Positions 1 to 12,088 of a DNA stretch of 64,000 bases are shown one piece after another. The stretch's first letter is position 1. Each line of letters opens with the position of its first letter. Location: assembly GCA_008632985.1 (NCBI GenBank), contig QPGO01000080.1, positions 248,001-312,000 on the forward strand, in the 5' to 3' direction. This stretch comes from Psammoneis japonica (Eukaryota). The position numbers were made by a program, and so were the translations under genes. The notes beneath the pieces are model-generated. The model saw nothing but the letters and a program-made list of their open reading frames with translations. It did not search any database and was not told the origin of the DNA.

Positions 1-45
1 AAACTTTCAATCTGTCTCTGTGGACTCTTCAAGCAAACTGGGGAG

Positions 46-286
46 TGACAGGATTTGAACAGGTTTTTAGCTTGTCACACACAACTGTTTGTGCTCTCTC
101 AGTTCCATGCATGACATGTGATGCAGCTCTTTTTGGGCCAACAAGAATTGCAACAGCAGTGTGCCAACATCACAATGACAGTGTTTTCACTCCTGTGATG
201 GCATCTGCATGGATGCTCATCTGCAATTTAGACAGCAGCAAGCAGTCATTGTTTTCTTCCACCCATTTTCTCTTCAGTTTTTGTCA
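46..286 (+). repeat. 3' LTR of a diverged Copia-family element that continues off the left edge
   Basis: TGACAGGATTTGAACAGG...TTTTTGTCA, preceded by the same PPT (GCAAACTGGGGAG, 33-45) as the other 3' LTRs. Clearly diverged from the ~277-bp LTR family. Confidence 0.8.
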
Positions 287-1827
287 CAATCTCTTTGATT
301 GGCTGCCACCTTGCCAGCCACACAGTCCATGGGGAGGCATTTGTGGCAGAGGAAGTGATCAAAGCAATCTGCCATGAGCTCAATCCACATTGCAGGACTG
401 TCCTGGATGGGGCCAGAATGCCATGGCACCAGGAGGGGTCTCCCATGCTTTTTTGTCACCCAGCCAAAACAGCTGCTGCTTTGCTGGTGGACAGCATGCC
501 ACCATGGAAAGTTGTCCAATGCTGACTGGGTTGCTGAGCACCCCAAGGTCATGGCATGTCTCAACGCAACAGCCAACAAGGGCAAAAAATGAGCACTCAT
601 TGCACCTCCTTTTGTTTGGCATGGAGCTCAACAAGCTTCTGCTGCTGCTGCTGCTGCTGCTCTGGCTGGCTGAACTTGAGTGATGGGCTTGAGTTTTGCA
701 TGAGTGCAAGAGTGTGAAACTGCCCAACATCAAGAATCTCTCACAGAGCTTGTTGAGTGCAACATGCAAGCTCACATGTTGTGCCAGAGAGTTGTCCATT
801 TTGAGTGTGCAGCTCAGCCATCAGTGCTGGAGACTCCCTGCCATTGCCATGGCCCAGCCATGCACCAGCTCAGAAAGAACAAAAACACTCTGTGTTCTTT
901 GATGTGCCTTGTTTGCACTGGCATGAGAAGCTGAGCAACCACAAGCATGGGCATTGCACCCTGTGCTGCAAACAAACTTCTGGCTGTTCTGCTTGTGCTC
1001 ATCACTTCAACTGCACTTGTTTTTCTTCAGCACCAGATGCTCTCATGACGTTGCATTTTGACAACATCCTGCACAAAGTGCAAACTGAACAAGGTCAGCT
1101 TGCAATCTGACAACTGACAGTGTTCTCCTGCTGGCTCACTTCCTTGACTCAGAAGTCACTTCTGGAGCATTTCCAGCACACTCAATCTGTCTGAGTGGCA
1201 AACAATCAATGTGGCCATGTGAAGACATCAGAAAAACACTGAAGCTGCATTGATCTGCTCAAAATGAGACCTCACACAGTGCTCCCCTGGAGGGTCAGGG
1301 CTGCATTTCAGCCGCATCTGTCACAGATGCCCGTGAATGACACAACTGCATTGCTTGTGTGGGCTGAGAACCTTCATCAAAATGAGAAAAAGGCCAGCCC
1401 CTGAGTGAGTGCATTTCTGGCAAAAAACAAAAAGTCTCTTTGTGATGAATGCCACAACCACAGCTCAGTTGCAGCAAAGAAGACCATAAATGGGAGCAAG
1501 CTCTGGAGCTCAAAGTCTGGTTCCTGGTGGCTTGCACCACAACCAACCAGAAAGCCATGCAGTTGGAAATGATTGGACTCACAATGGAGAGTGCAAGGCA
1601 ACAGTTTTAAAAGAATTTTGCAACTGTGCTTCTACGACTGTGTCTGATTGTGGCCAAATGACTTAATTTCGCAGCGTCGCGCAGTGCAAAAAATAATGTC
1701 TAAGAAAATGATGTCTTTCACTTGCGCTTGGTGCGATGAATGCGAGAGGCGAATGGAGTGAAGCCGACTTTCTCAGGTCCGCGCTGTGCTAGCTACCGCA
1801 GGGCCCTACTCTACTCACGCTTTCAAT

Positions 1828-3201
1828 TTAATTCAATAAAACTAAATCGGATGGAATCAATTTCAATTTCTCGAAAAGGGCCATTTTTTCATGGCCTTTC
1901 TTGCTTGTCCCACAGTGTGCAACAACTGGCATAGTCGTCTTGTTGTTGAATTCTTGCCCTTCCCTGCAATATCTGATAACTTGTGAATACGACAACAGAG
2001 TCACCGTCAAAGAAGCATCAATGTCTGCAAAATCATCATTTCTTGCATTGTTCTTCTCGTCGTGGGCACCACGGTGGACATAAAGAAATGACATGGCTTG
2101 TGAAGTATCGTTGTTTGTTTGATGTTCAAACCTTTCTAAAGAAGTTGAAGGCAAGATGGGCGTTGAATCATATTCCTTGTGCAAAACGCAATTCACGGTC
2201 CTTTGATCATCGTTGGAATTCTCCGGCAGTCGAGTGTTAACCAACGATGAGAAACGTAGCATGGCAGGAGAACTCCGAAAATATATAAATCCAAAGCAAG
2301 CGGTACTCGGCTTCCGTCCGGAATGTAAGGGGCAGTGCTGAGGAAACGTGCCCCGACTCGCAATCATGTCACTCGATGGATACAAATCTAACAGTTTTTG
2401 GGGATCCTGCAACCAAAGCGCATCAATGTCCGAAAAAAATAGATTGTAGTGAGGTAGAGTGTAAAGTAATTGTTCCCACATCTTTGTTCTCAAACTCCAT
2501 AATGATTTATGATGCATACTCCATTCCACTTTGGTCACAAGCGTTGGTCCAAAAGCACTGATAATGTCGACCTCACCCTCGCTTGTCACATTTTTCGTCG
2601 AAGAGGAAGAATTCGTCAGCGCCGATTGTAGCATGTGATAAGTCTTCTCTCCCAATGCCATGACACACAGTATTCGTTGTTTGTGGGTTGGTTGAGATAC
2701 TTGGTGCGACTTGTAGTGATGAAGCCAGACGGAGAAGACATCCATGTACGATGAATCAACAAATATCACAACCAAATCATTCTTCGACTTCGCTGTCACC
2801 GATGCGGAGTTAGATTTCGCCAATAGAGAGTGATTGAAAAATTCGACGGACGAATCCAAGAATATGAGCGTTGATGGCGAATTTCCTTTGTCTTTTCTTC
2901 TCTTTGCAAATGCCGGTTTCGATACTTTATCATTTGAGGGGTGCACAGAAAACACAATGTTTACAAAACAAATTTCCCATATTTGACAGAGTAGACAAAG
3001 TAGCATGATTAAACGGAGGCAAGATGAAGAAGGTCGCGGGAGCGATTGAAGGTGAATCGTCATAGTTCCACTACTCGTACGCAGAACGGGGACTCTGTGC
3101 AAAATGTGTTTCGAATCACCAAACTCTGTGTTACCCGTAGTTGGGTATGGTATTTGGAAGAAATCATCATGGAAGCAACGGCCCGCTTCCGACAAGTCCA
3201 T
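1828..3201 (-). CDS. Nucleotide-diphospho-sugar transferase (GT77/PF03407-like), type II membrane glycosyltransferase
   Basis: Intact 457-aa ORF with normal TpA content. N-terminal hydrophobic segment, DxD motif FFSDIDALWLQDP, ACFGFIYFRSSP and DDQRTVN. The true start may be a downstream Met (MTIHLQ). Confidence 0.8.
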   Translation of the reverse strand: MDLSEAGRCFHDDFFQIPYPTTGNTEFGDSKHILHRVPVLRTSSGTMTIHLQSLPRPSSSCLRLIMLLCLLCQIWEICFVNIVFSVHPSNDKVSKPAFAKRRKDKGNSPSTLIFLDSSVEFFNHSLLAKSNSASVTAKSKNDLVVIFVDSSYMDVFSVWLHHYKSHQVSQPTHKQRILCVMALGEKTYHMLQSALTNSSSSTKNVTSEGEVDIISAFGPTLVTKVEWSMHHKSLWSLRTKMWEQLLYTLPHYNLFFSDIDALWLQDPQKLLDLYPSSDMIASRGTFPQHCPLHSGRKPSTACFGFIYFRSSPAMLRFSSLVNTRLPENSNDDQRTVNCVLHKEYDSTPILPSTSLERFEHQTNNDTSQAMSFLYVHRGAHDEKNNARNDDFADIDASLTVTLLSYSQVIRYCREGQEFNNKTTMPVVAHCGTSKKGHEKMALFEKLKLIPSDLVLLN

Positions 3202-3600
3202 GACAAGTCAGCGGGCATACATTCTTGTAGGTCCTACATAGTTAGTAGAGTAGAGTCAATAATTGACATCACAATGCCAATACCTTTTTTCCACTCCTAT
3301 GATAGATAGAGACTCTCTAGCTAGGCGGGCAGGAGGTACCGATAATTGGTGTGGGGCGTGCGTGCGTGCAGAATACGGTAGATAGATTGTCCAACGAACG
3401 TGAATGTCATACCTTTTTTCATATAATTTTATATAACATAATGTCTTTATCATACTACATCATACTTGTACACTTTTTGAGAGAAAACGAAACGAATTTT
3501 CTTTTTGCGGAGCAACTCAAACTGAGACTGGGACGGACAGTGGAAAGTGGAAGATGGCAGTGTTGACGACGCAGAGTCAAGAGATACTACTGCTGAAACT

Positions 3601-4785
3601 ATGGCTATTAATCTAAACAAATTTGTGCTCCAACTTTGCGTGCTCGTTGCGACAGCTCTGTCATTGCTGCGGTCGCCATTGGAGGGTGCGACGGTTGAAT
3701 TTAATGGGAATGATCAGGTGAAGAAAGATACCCTCAGTGCTAAAGAGTTAATCTACCAGGCAGCATTGGGTCGCTTTGAATCTCGGAAACTCAGGGCCTC
3801 ATCTGATGTCTATCCCGATCTCAAGAGTCAATTTCCCGACAAGAAACGCGTGCTGAACTCAATTCGAGTCCCAAAAGCGGGCTCTTCCTCGTTATCGGTA
3901 ACCGCCCGGGCACTGGCAGGGTGCCATCCCGATGGCTTTCCCTGCTGTGTCTACCCGGGACACCCTCCTGGAGCCTGTCCTCGACGAGACTTGATGTGCC
4001 CTGTCGTCACCGGCTGCACCTCTCATAGTCCCAGCTACACAGGGCCAGAACCCGTCATAACGGTTTTGAGAGAACCCGTAGATCGTTTGCTCAGTGGATT
4101 CTTCTACATCCCACCCCACCGACCTGAACCTAGCAATGATCACGAGTGGACAACCTTTGAAAGCTACATTCAAAATCGCAGGTATCGAAATGTCATTACC
4201 AAAATGCTCAGTGGCGTCTATAGAAATTCTTATTCGCCATTCCTAAATGACGACAAAAACAGTACGACAAGAGCCAAGTCAAGACTCTGTCACGGGATGA
4301 CCTGGTTTGGAATTGCAGATCTTCCGCTTCTTTCTGCAAGTCTAATATACGAAGCACCACCTTTTCAATTTTTAATGCCGAATCCTGTCGTCTTTGGTCT
4401 TCCAGTCCATGACATCACGAACGGTACAACCACAACAAGCACTAGAGACAAAGCAGAGAAGGAGGACGGGTTACGACGAAACAACAATGAAGAATACCGT
4501 ACCTTCAAAAATCTAACCTTTGTGCAGAACAATGGGGTTGACTTGATATTAAAATACAATCAAGAGGATCAAGAAGTCTATCAATTTGCCCGACAAGTCC
4601 TCTGTGCCAGATTGTATCATGCAGATGGATTGGTGGAGACTTTGCTCTCTCAAATGCAGAAGAACAGGTGTGAAGACCTGGAAAAGGAAATACAGGCCTG
4701 CAAAGAAAGTGGCTACGACTTTGATTCTTCCAGTTACGACCAGCTGTGTGGGGTTGTTCCCAAACTCAATGCATTAATAGTTTAA
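3601..4785 (+). CDS. Golgi-type sulfotransferase (Sulfotransfer_2-like)
   Basis: N-terminal signal/TM segment, 5'-PSB-like RVPKAGSSS and 3'-PB-like LREPVDRLLSGF. ATG at 3601. Confidence 0.8.
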   Translation: MAINLNKFVLQLCVLVATALSLLRSPLEGATVEFNGNDQVKKDTLSAKELIYQAALGRFESRKLRASSDVYPDLKSQFPDKKRVLNSIRVPKAGSSSLSVTARALAGCHPDGFPCCVYPGHPPGACPRRDLMCPVVTGCTSHSPSYTGPEPVITVLREPVDRLLSGFFYIPPHRPEPSNDHEWTTFESYIQNRRYRNVITKMLSGVYRNSYSPFLNDDKNSTTRAKSRLCHGMTWFGIADLPLLSASLIYEAPPFQFLMPNPVVFGLPVHDITNGTTTTSTRDKAEKEDGLRRNNNEEYRTFKNLTFVQNNGVDLILKYNQEDQEVYQFARQVLCARLYHADGLVETLLSQMQKNRCEDLEKEIQACKESGYDFDSSSYDQLCGVVPKLNALIV

Positions 4786-7700
4786 GTCATGACTTGTCCC
4801 TTCTCAACTCATTTCTGCATCAACGATTGGTTTTCAGGATCCATCAATGCACATTGAAATCATGCGTTAATTTGGATTCCCAACCGGAGATCTCACCAGC
4901 ACTGCAATGGCCTGTTGTGGGTGATCAAGAGTGCTGCCGGACACCTCTTGCGCAATCTCAACAGACAGGCCCGTCGAAGGCACAGAAAAAACCAACCTCA
5001 TGTCACAAAATGACTGGCATGCATGCACTTCAGTTCCTTTCATCTTACAGTAGAAGTTGTGTGGCACCAATCTGACAATGTTAAGCAGGCCAACAGCATC
5101 AGAAGTGGGCACAGGACAGACACATCAAAACAATGTGGAGATGATGAAGACAATGTCTGTGGCAGGGCAGGACAACATGTGCTCCCCAGCACCAGTGTGA
5201 AGCACAAAAACAAACATGAAAGGCCCTCAACAGACAACAGATCCATCAAAAATGGGGTGGACAGTGCACAATGTGGAAAACAAACCAGTGCACACAACTT
5301 GCTTGAGGCTGACCACATCATGTCATTGTGGATGATGTTGACTTGCCCAGCCCTTTTTTGCACAACTTTCATCTCATGATTGTTGTCCAACGTCATCCCT
5401 GACATTTTGTGCAAGGAATGTCCGAGGCACACAAGATTGAGCAAGTGGAAGCAGAAAAGGACAGTTGTCTTGGCACACCTGCACAGCACACTTTGTTGGT
5501 CCTGCAAGCTGGAGCAGTCAGTGTGTGTTGCACATGAAATTGGGGTGGATGGGCAATCAGACAGCTGTGCCAATTCTTCCAGCCATGTGTGTGATGCTGG
5601 CCCACTGCCAACCTGCAGCAACAAGGGCTGTTCCAACGCAGCCAAGAAGCACAGCTGGCACCAGTCACATTTCCTTGGGCCATTGCCAACAACAAGATGC
5701 CAGCTTCCCCCAGAGAGCTGTCTCTGGAGCAGTTCTTGCAGCCTGTCTCTAACATCCACAAACCTGGGCCCCAACCCAGAAAATTGTTTGCAAGTCAGCC
5801 TGCCACCATTGTGTCTTTTGAACAGCAATGCTGCAGTGAAATCTGTTGTCAACTTGGATGAATTGTGGCTCTTCTTGGCTCTGAGCAACTCACCTTTGGA
5901 GGCAAGTCAAGCCCAAACCCATGGGACAATGGCTCAGAAATGGTTTGCAACCCAGCCAAAACCTGATGCAAGACCACCTCCCTCCTCCCCATTGTGAAAG
6001 TGTTGGTGCACCATTTGCCCCAGCTCTGGACATCCCAGTTTACATTTCTTCCAATGATGTGGGTGCAGTTGATTTTTTGGGAGAAGCAGCAGTGCTCCTG
6101 GGAATGCACACAATCAGCCAACCAGTGCACCACTTTTGTGAAGACCTCATCTGCAGCAACCTTGCCTGAAGAAGCTCCTTGCTGAAGGCCAACTCAAAAA
6201 GCTGGAGACAGCACTTGGTTGGCTGTTGAACATGCAAAACACAAGTGCCATGCTCCCAAAACACAAACTTGCCACCTGGTCTGAGCAGCTTCAAACACTT
6301 GTCAAGAAAGCAAGGAGGGTGCACCTTCAAGGAAATTGAGCAACTGTTTGGTCACTTTGACCATCCCAAGCACATCATCCAGCATGCTTGATGCTTTCTA
6401 AGTTGCCTGCACTGGCTCAAGCAACATGTCTTCAACAACATTGGCCTTGCCCAGCCAACTCCCACACAGACATTTCCCGTTCTGGGCTGTCACATGCTCA
6501 GCCTGGCAGGGGGTGACTCCCTTTGCCATGTGGGCATCCTCTTGAAAAACTCCCTCATGGGTCAGCCACAGTTGTGTGGCACAAGTTTCATTTGGCATCA
6601 AGGCACCAGCCCATCATCAAAAGAGTGGCAACAAGACTCAACTCTTGCCCTTTTGTGGGGAGTCTGAGATCATCATGTGCCAGTGAAGAATGTGGCACAA
6701 GAAGTGGGGCAAGCAAGAAGGGGCCCATGTCCACCATCATGCACTGGCATTGGAGCTTCAGCATGCTGTGCTTCTGGAGGCATGAAAAGCCAGTTGTCCA
6801 GACCTCACAGCATTGGTCACTGACCAGGAGTGCCTCTCCCTTTTTGCCAGGAGCTGCTCTTGCACAACTCTCACATGCCTGTGCCAACCAAACACAACAT
6901 CCTAAATTTGCAATTTCTGTTTGATCCACTCATCTGGAGAGATCAATGGTGCACTCCGGCATTTGCATGACAACACAACTGGACTTGACATGTGCCAATC
7001 ACAACTGTGGGTGCACCTCCTGGGACGTCTCTGTTCAGCAATCCAAAAGTCTGCACTGAGCATGGTGATGTGACAGCTTTTCTGGCCATTCCTGATCCGG
7101 CAGCAGTTCCTCCACTGTTGTTTGCTCAGAACATGCATTGCAATGCCAAGTTCTGCACTTTTGATCTTGCCATTGATGCAGCTTCAGCATTCAATGGAGC
7201 CCCAAGCATTTTGAATTCAGTGCACCTGAGTGTCAAGATGATTTTGGTGGCAATTTGTCTGCCATCTCCTGTTGTGAACAATCCAGCTCATCCGGATGAT
7301 GGTTTAGAATCTCTTTCACTGGCTCTGACAGCTGCGGCACTTGGAGACCCTCAAGCCGTCCTTGCTGCATGCACTGCACATGACGGCAATGTCTTTCCTT
7401 TTTTGGATGCTCCAACTCACCCGAGTTGTCAAGCTTTGCTTCAAGTCAGTGAGGAGGATTTTCACAAGACCTTCAAGGATTGTTTCTTTGACTGTAAACT
7501 TCATCTCTTATGAGAAAATGTTCGGGTTGACTTTCTTGGTGGTGACAGTGTTGCTGGTGCTCAGGTCATTGACACTGTCTCCAGGTTGAAGCAGACTGTG
7601 ATGGTGAATGGTCAACTGCAACACCACACTGTAGAGGATTTTTGTCTTCCATTTTTAAAGTGGGTTGGCATGTTGCACCAGGACCAAGCCTTCACTGTCA

Positions 7701-10351
7701 ATCTCCCTCAAGTCTTTTATTCAGCCTTGGACCAAAATCTGATCAATCAAGGAGAGGCTGCTTCTCCTCCCTTTGGTGTGCCTGCCAGGCTTCCTGGCAA
7801 GACCAATGCCCAAGCTCTTGATCATCTCCATTGCACCAAAGAAGCTGTCACTGGTTTTGAGTGCCAAATTTTGAAAGGACACCAAGAAGTGAACAGAGCC
7901 AGTGGCATTGCATCAAGAACTGCTGCGCAAGGTTCACAATCTTGTGTGATCCAAACTGATGCCCAAGCCTTTGCAGCTGCACCTGAAGCTCCATGTGAAA
8001 TGCATGCTGATGACTCTGTGGTCCATCAGGTGCCTGGGAATGCATTGAAAGCTCAAGGGTTAAGTGTGGATTCTGATGACACCATGGATGAATTGTGCCA
8101 GTTGTCCACACACATGTCTGTGCTGTTCAGCACCATGGAAGAAGCCGTGCAATGTGCTGCTGGCACAGTGTTCCCTCCAATGGAATGCTGGGGATGCACC
8201 AGTCATAAATTTGTCACAACAAATGGTTTCACCACTGGAGTGAGTGCCCGCATTGTGGCAATCCTGCGGTGCATGCGAATGCAAAGAAGGCACTTGCCAA
8301 TTACATTGAATGCAGGAATCAGGAGAGGCAAGCCCCAGCCAACATTCCTCCTGCCAAGCGTCCCCCTGTGATGAAGCCACGCAGTCACAACATGTCCAAG
8401 GCACGGTTGCAGACAGTTCTGGACCCACTGCAGGTGCTGTTTCAACCACCACAACCATGTTCCAGAAGCTTCGCGATGATGTCAGCCATTCTTGGGAGCT
8501 CCAAGGTCATCTGTCGAAGCAGGTGGCGGATCTTGTCATGTCCTTTGCCAATCCTTCAACATCAGCTACAGCCTGGAAGGCATGCCATGTGTCTCTGTTG
8601 AAGGACAAACATCCTCATGTGACCTCTGTTCAGAGGATCTCACAAAGAGAAACTTCAAGTGGTTTGGGACTCAGCAATGCCAGTTCTCTTTGTTTTCCCC
8701 TCTTGATCAATTTTCAAGTGATGCAGGCTTTAGCTAAAGTGCCAAGGGTCCATTCAGGAGTGAGTCAGATTGTGCCTCACATTTGTTTTTGGGTGGTAAC
8801 CAAGCACAAGGCCGCTCTCAATGCCATGGTCAACACCTGCGCAGGACTGAAACTTGGTCATCTCACGCATCATGAGAGCATCTTTAAAGCTCATGCCGAC
8901 AATGTTGAGACATTTGAGTTCATCAAAGACATTGACAACCTCGATGAGTTCACTTTTTGGTGGTGTGGATGAAGATGGCAATGCAACTCAAGTGGTTGCC
9001 GTTGTTGTCCACAAGACTCCGCTCAAGGTGAATGGTCAAAATGTGTTGGTGTCATTCAGGTTGGCTGAGTTGGCAGCTGCAAATGCGATTTTGGGCTTGC
9101 CATTTCTCAGGGCTGCCAACAGCACTCTTTTTGTGCATTGTGAGTCAGAAGAGACCCTGTTGTGCCAACGGCTTGGTCATGCTTTCCCTGTGCACTGTCA
9201 GGTCCCACATCAAGTGGATCAAGCGCCTCTGACTGGTGGCATGAGGTCTCAAGTGGCATGTGCGTCCTCACCATTGAATGAGACATGGAAACCTGTTTCT
9301 GATGCTGTTGAGCATGCTCAGGCTGAAGTTAAAGTCTTTGTGACTCTTGCAGCTGAGCAACAACTCAAGGTCAACCAGGGGTGCATTGTCTCCATCTGCT
9401 TGTCGGAATTCTTTGCACCAGCTCAATGCGAAGACCCAGGTGTTCCGAATCCTGAACATGATTTTATTCCCAAGGTGCACCAGGATGAATGAGAGTTGCC
9501 ATCAAGCCCAACCTTGGAGTCATCATTCTGCTTGTCAAGTCCCTGTGCAAGTGTGGTTCCAGCTTTTCAAGGTTTGCTTTGGCGTCAAGCTGCACCTTCT
9601 GTGTCCTTGATTGACTCAACAAGAACACATTGCGAGTCTTCCATGTCTTCTGTGTCATCTACATCATCTGCATTTAAACCTCCATTTCCGTCTAAGCCAT
9701 CTCCAAATTTACAAGGTGCTGTTTGCACTTGGAAGAAAATCTGGAGACTGAAGCTGCCGTCGCATTGCATCGAGCCCGACGATTGCCCTGATCTTTTAGA
9801 TGGCATGGAAATCATTTTTAAAGAGCACGGGTCTTCTCTTCGTCAGTCAGTCACAGCTCTGCCGCCCTGTGATGACATTGTCCAATGGAACCCCGAATTG
9901 CATCAAGCTGAGTTTGGCTGGAGTGTCAGGTGGCTCAAGTGCCCCAAGATTTACAAACCCAAAATCACAGAAATCATTCACAAGTGCTGGGATGTCTTTT
10001 GTGAGGATGGGTTGAGAAAACACATCCAAGGCTTTTCATGTCGAGTGGACATGTGAGATGTGGTGCTGGCATGTTGCAAGCTGCCTTGATGTGGTCCACA
10101 TGAATCCAAGATTGTGGTGAAATTGCTCAAACACCTCAAAAACAATGGTTTGATCTGTTGTGATGACAAAAGTCCATTTGGAGCTCTTGTTGTCTCAGTG
10201 GCGAAACCTCATCAAGAGACTGTGCCATGGCACCAACACATTTGGCACCTCTGTGCATCATGTTGATGCTTAAATCAGGTCACCCAGCCCTTCAACTTTC
10301 CAATTCCCTGTTGTGACGATGCTGCACAAGACATTCTGCCTCAGGCCAAAT

Positions 10352-10798
10352 TGAAGTATGCATGCAGACAAAAGGTTATTTTTGTCACGTCCTTTGTGAC
10401 ATTTAAAGGCTGTAACACGTCGCCGTGATTAACTCTTATTAGCAGCTGTGTGTTGCACTCCTCCCCATGTGTCACGCGTCCATGCGGCTCTTTACTAACG
10501 TGCACTGACACTGCACGGTTTTGGCGGAACAGTGTGGGTACGTACGAAGGAACATACAGAACTGCACAGAGTTTTACGCGTTCGACAGTGATCAACGTTG
10601 CTGCAGACAACTCCCACTCGGGTTTCGAACCCCTGGCCTCCTGCCCAGTGGTTACGATGTACCGCACCACTCCGCTGTGAATTCACAACGAAGCATGCAT
10701 GCAGACAAAAGGTCATTTTTGTCACGTCCTTTGTGACATTTAAAGGCTGTAACACGTCGCCGTGACACATTAACTCTTGTTAGCAGCTGTGTGTTGCA
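10352..10798 (-). mobile_element. TRIM (miniature LTR element) with ~106-110-bp LTRs
   Basis: Direct repeats at 10352-10457 and 10689-10798. Outer termini TG...CA, 4-bp TSD AAAT, PPT GGGGAGGAG next to the 3' LTR (10458-10466). Removing it restores the Gypsy RT reading AK-CFLSFNLDCG. Confidence 0.85.
10621..10677 (-). promoter_or_regulatory. tRNA-type Pol III internal promoter (A box and B box) inside the TRIM
   Basis: Minus strand CAGCGGAGTGG (A-box consensus TRGCNNARYGG with one T>C change) and GGTTCGAAACC (B box), separated by 35 nt as in tRNAs. Confidence 0.6.
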
Positions 10799-11810
10799 AA
10801 ATGCTTTCTCAGCTTCAATCTCGATTGTGGACATTGGCAAGTGTTGCAAGAAGAGGCATCATGGGCCAAGATGGCATTCTTCACTCCAGAAGGCAAGAGT
10901 CACAGGAATGTCATGCCAATGGGCTTTGTTGACGCACATGCCATTTTCGTGGTGATGATGGTGGCTCTCCAAAAAGAGTGGAATCACACATTCTTTAGAC
11001 AGCACCCTGATCCAAGTCAAGACAAAGTCGGCACCCGCTTTGTCGTTCAACTGTGTGGATCCAAAGTTGTTGTCGATGGTGTCATGTGCTGTGCCACGTT
11101 GACCAGTCTGTTGTTTCAACACTTCAAGATTGTGCTCCAAATTCTTCAACATCATTGCGTCATGATCAAACTGAAGAAGTGCAAGTGGCTGTCACCTTTG
11201 GTCGAGTTTGTTGGAGCAGACGTCCACTGTGATGGCAATTCTCCGGCACACTCCAAGTTGGATGCTTTTCAAGCTCTTCTGCCACCAGAGATGTGGGGAG
11301 ACCTCTGCATGTTGATTGACCTTTTGGTTTTTGTCAAAGTTGGATGGAATGGTTTGAAGCCAGATTGATCCCATTCAGACGTCTTCAGGTGCAACAACTG
11401 CAGATGGGCGCTGTGGAGCCAGAAGCAGAGCGTGCTTTCTTCGCCGGATTCTGGCTCCCCGAGCATCAAAAGTTGTTTGACCAATTGAAACAAGACATTT
11501 TGTTGGGTTTAGTTTTGGTGCGGCCAGATTGCAGTTGTCAATTCCAGGGTGCGCTGGACCAATCTCACACATTGGGTGCAACATTTGCGGTGAAGGGGGG
11601 GAGGGGGGAATCGCAAAATCACGTGTCACTCTGTAAAACACGTGCTTCATCATGCAAAACACAGATGAGTTTGGCTCATTGCCCTGTGACTTGCGTGGGA
11701 TCCCATGTGGCTGGCATTTGTCAAGCACTTGTTGGTCTGTTGTTGGTCATGTTTGATGGCGGATCAAAACCAGAAGGAACCCGGAAGTGAGCACTCACTG
11801 TCAGTGCGTG

Positions 11811-12088
11811 TGACAGAAATTGAAGGCAAATGGCAAGAATTCAAACAATGACTCCTTGCTGCTGTCTAAATGGCAGATGAGTCTCCACTCAGAGACTGTC
11901 ACAGGAGCCGAAAGACGTGCAAGTTGGTGTGATCAGGCTGCTGTTGTCATTCTTGTGAGCCTTGTGGCTCGAAAGCAAGCTGCATCGCGCATGTGCGCGC
12001 GGAACTAAAGAGCACACAAAACTGTGCGCGGCAAACTAAACAGCGCGCAAAATGTCGCGCACACCCAAATCCTGTTCAAATCCTGTCA
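11811..12088 (-). repeat. 3' LTR of the Copia element
   Basis: TGACAG...CTGTCA termini, adjacent PPT, matches 19005-19280. Confidence 0.95.

Larger units (their letters stand above)
6900..11560 (+). mobile_element. Degenerate Ty3/Gypsy retrotransposon (gag, protease, RT), interrupted by a TRIM; LTRs not identified
   Basis: Frameshifted ORFs carry protease ILGLPFL and RT motifs WDVF, LNQVTQPFNFPIP, LDCGHWQV, AFFTPEG..VMPMG and IKLKKCKW..VEFVG. Boundaries are approximate. Confidence 0.75.

Noticed and set aside
45..1600. Many overlapping Cys/His-rich ORFs here and in all repeat blocks
   Set aside because: Loss of TA removes TAA/TAG stops and Tyr codons, which opens spurious frames on both strands.
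6040..6330. LLRPGGKFVFWEH, resembling a class I methyltransferase motif
   Set aside because: A short isolated match in heavily decayed DNA, with no recognisable SAM-binding motif I.
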